A DNA stretch of 62,909 bases, filler included, from Reticulomyxa filosa (taxonomy: Eukaryota; Protista; Foraminifera), in NCBI GenBank assembly GCA_000512085.1. It is 23 parts of 23 records of this genome, joined end to end, with 100 filler letters (N's around TTAATTAATTAA, not from the genome) between each part and the next. Parts side by side here need not be neighbours in the genome. Positions count along the whole stretch, not along the records: positions 61,708 to 62,909 come from ASPP01019833.1; 22 more parts are not named here. One strand, 5' to 3'. The notes beneath the pieces are model-generated. The model did no database searches, had not been told where the DNA came from, and was given only the letters and a program-made list of their open reading frames with translations. Below, piece by piece: positions 62,820-62,909 of this stretch. Within the stretch, counting starts at the first letter, position 1. The number at the start of each line of letters is the position of its first letter. A program made the position numbers and the translations under genes.

Positions 62820-62909
62820 ATTCAAGATGATGAAAATTCGATACCACAAACACTTTCAGTGTCGATTTTCTTTGATATCCCAAAAATGAATTACTTCATC
62901 ATGAAAAAT
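62820..62909 (-). pseudogene. Degenerate fragment of the 44-kb WD40 family
   Basis: GAAAATTCGATACCACAAACAC and ATCCCAAAAATGAATT match 44131-44152 and 44199-44215, with an internal deletion. Confidence 0.5.

Noticed and set aside
62348-62830. 160-aa hydrophobic ORF and its antisense ORF
   Set aside because: The Phe/Ile/Leu richness follows from T-rich DNA, and no family motif is recognisable.

Overview
This window is not contiguous DNA. It consists of 23 short contigs joined by 22 artificial 100-nt spacers (44 N + TTAATTAATTAA + 44 N), so adjacency across spacers carries no meaning. The DNA is AT-rich and eukaryotic, with short GT-AG introns rich in TA/TG runs and Asn-rich low-complexity exons. 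The expanded gene families resemble those of the foraminiferan Reticulomyxa filosa (inference from memory, not verified). Recognisable genes: TBC1D13-like RabGAP, a protein kinase fragment, CFAP70-like TPR protein, UFD1, an RGS-domain protein, CLEC16A/TT9-like, RalGAP-like, DUF3605, SGNH-like and DRAM-like proteins, and a broken eRF1. An immune-like set is also present: a NACHT NTPase, a pentapeptide + hypervariable WD40 array, two RING/TRAF-type zinc-finger proteins, two WD40 genes sharing an N-terminal module, and an ADP-ribosyltransferase-like relic. Mobile DNA comprises a decayed full-length Tc1-like transposon and a TA|CAGT MITE family found in several contigs. The most unexplained object is a ~1.13-kb compositional island (21271-22400) with no convincing ORF that is covered end to end by nested, G-U-tolerant helices on the + strand, making it a candidate large structured RNA of unknown class.
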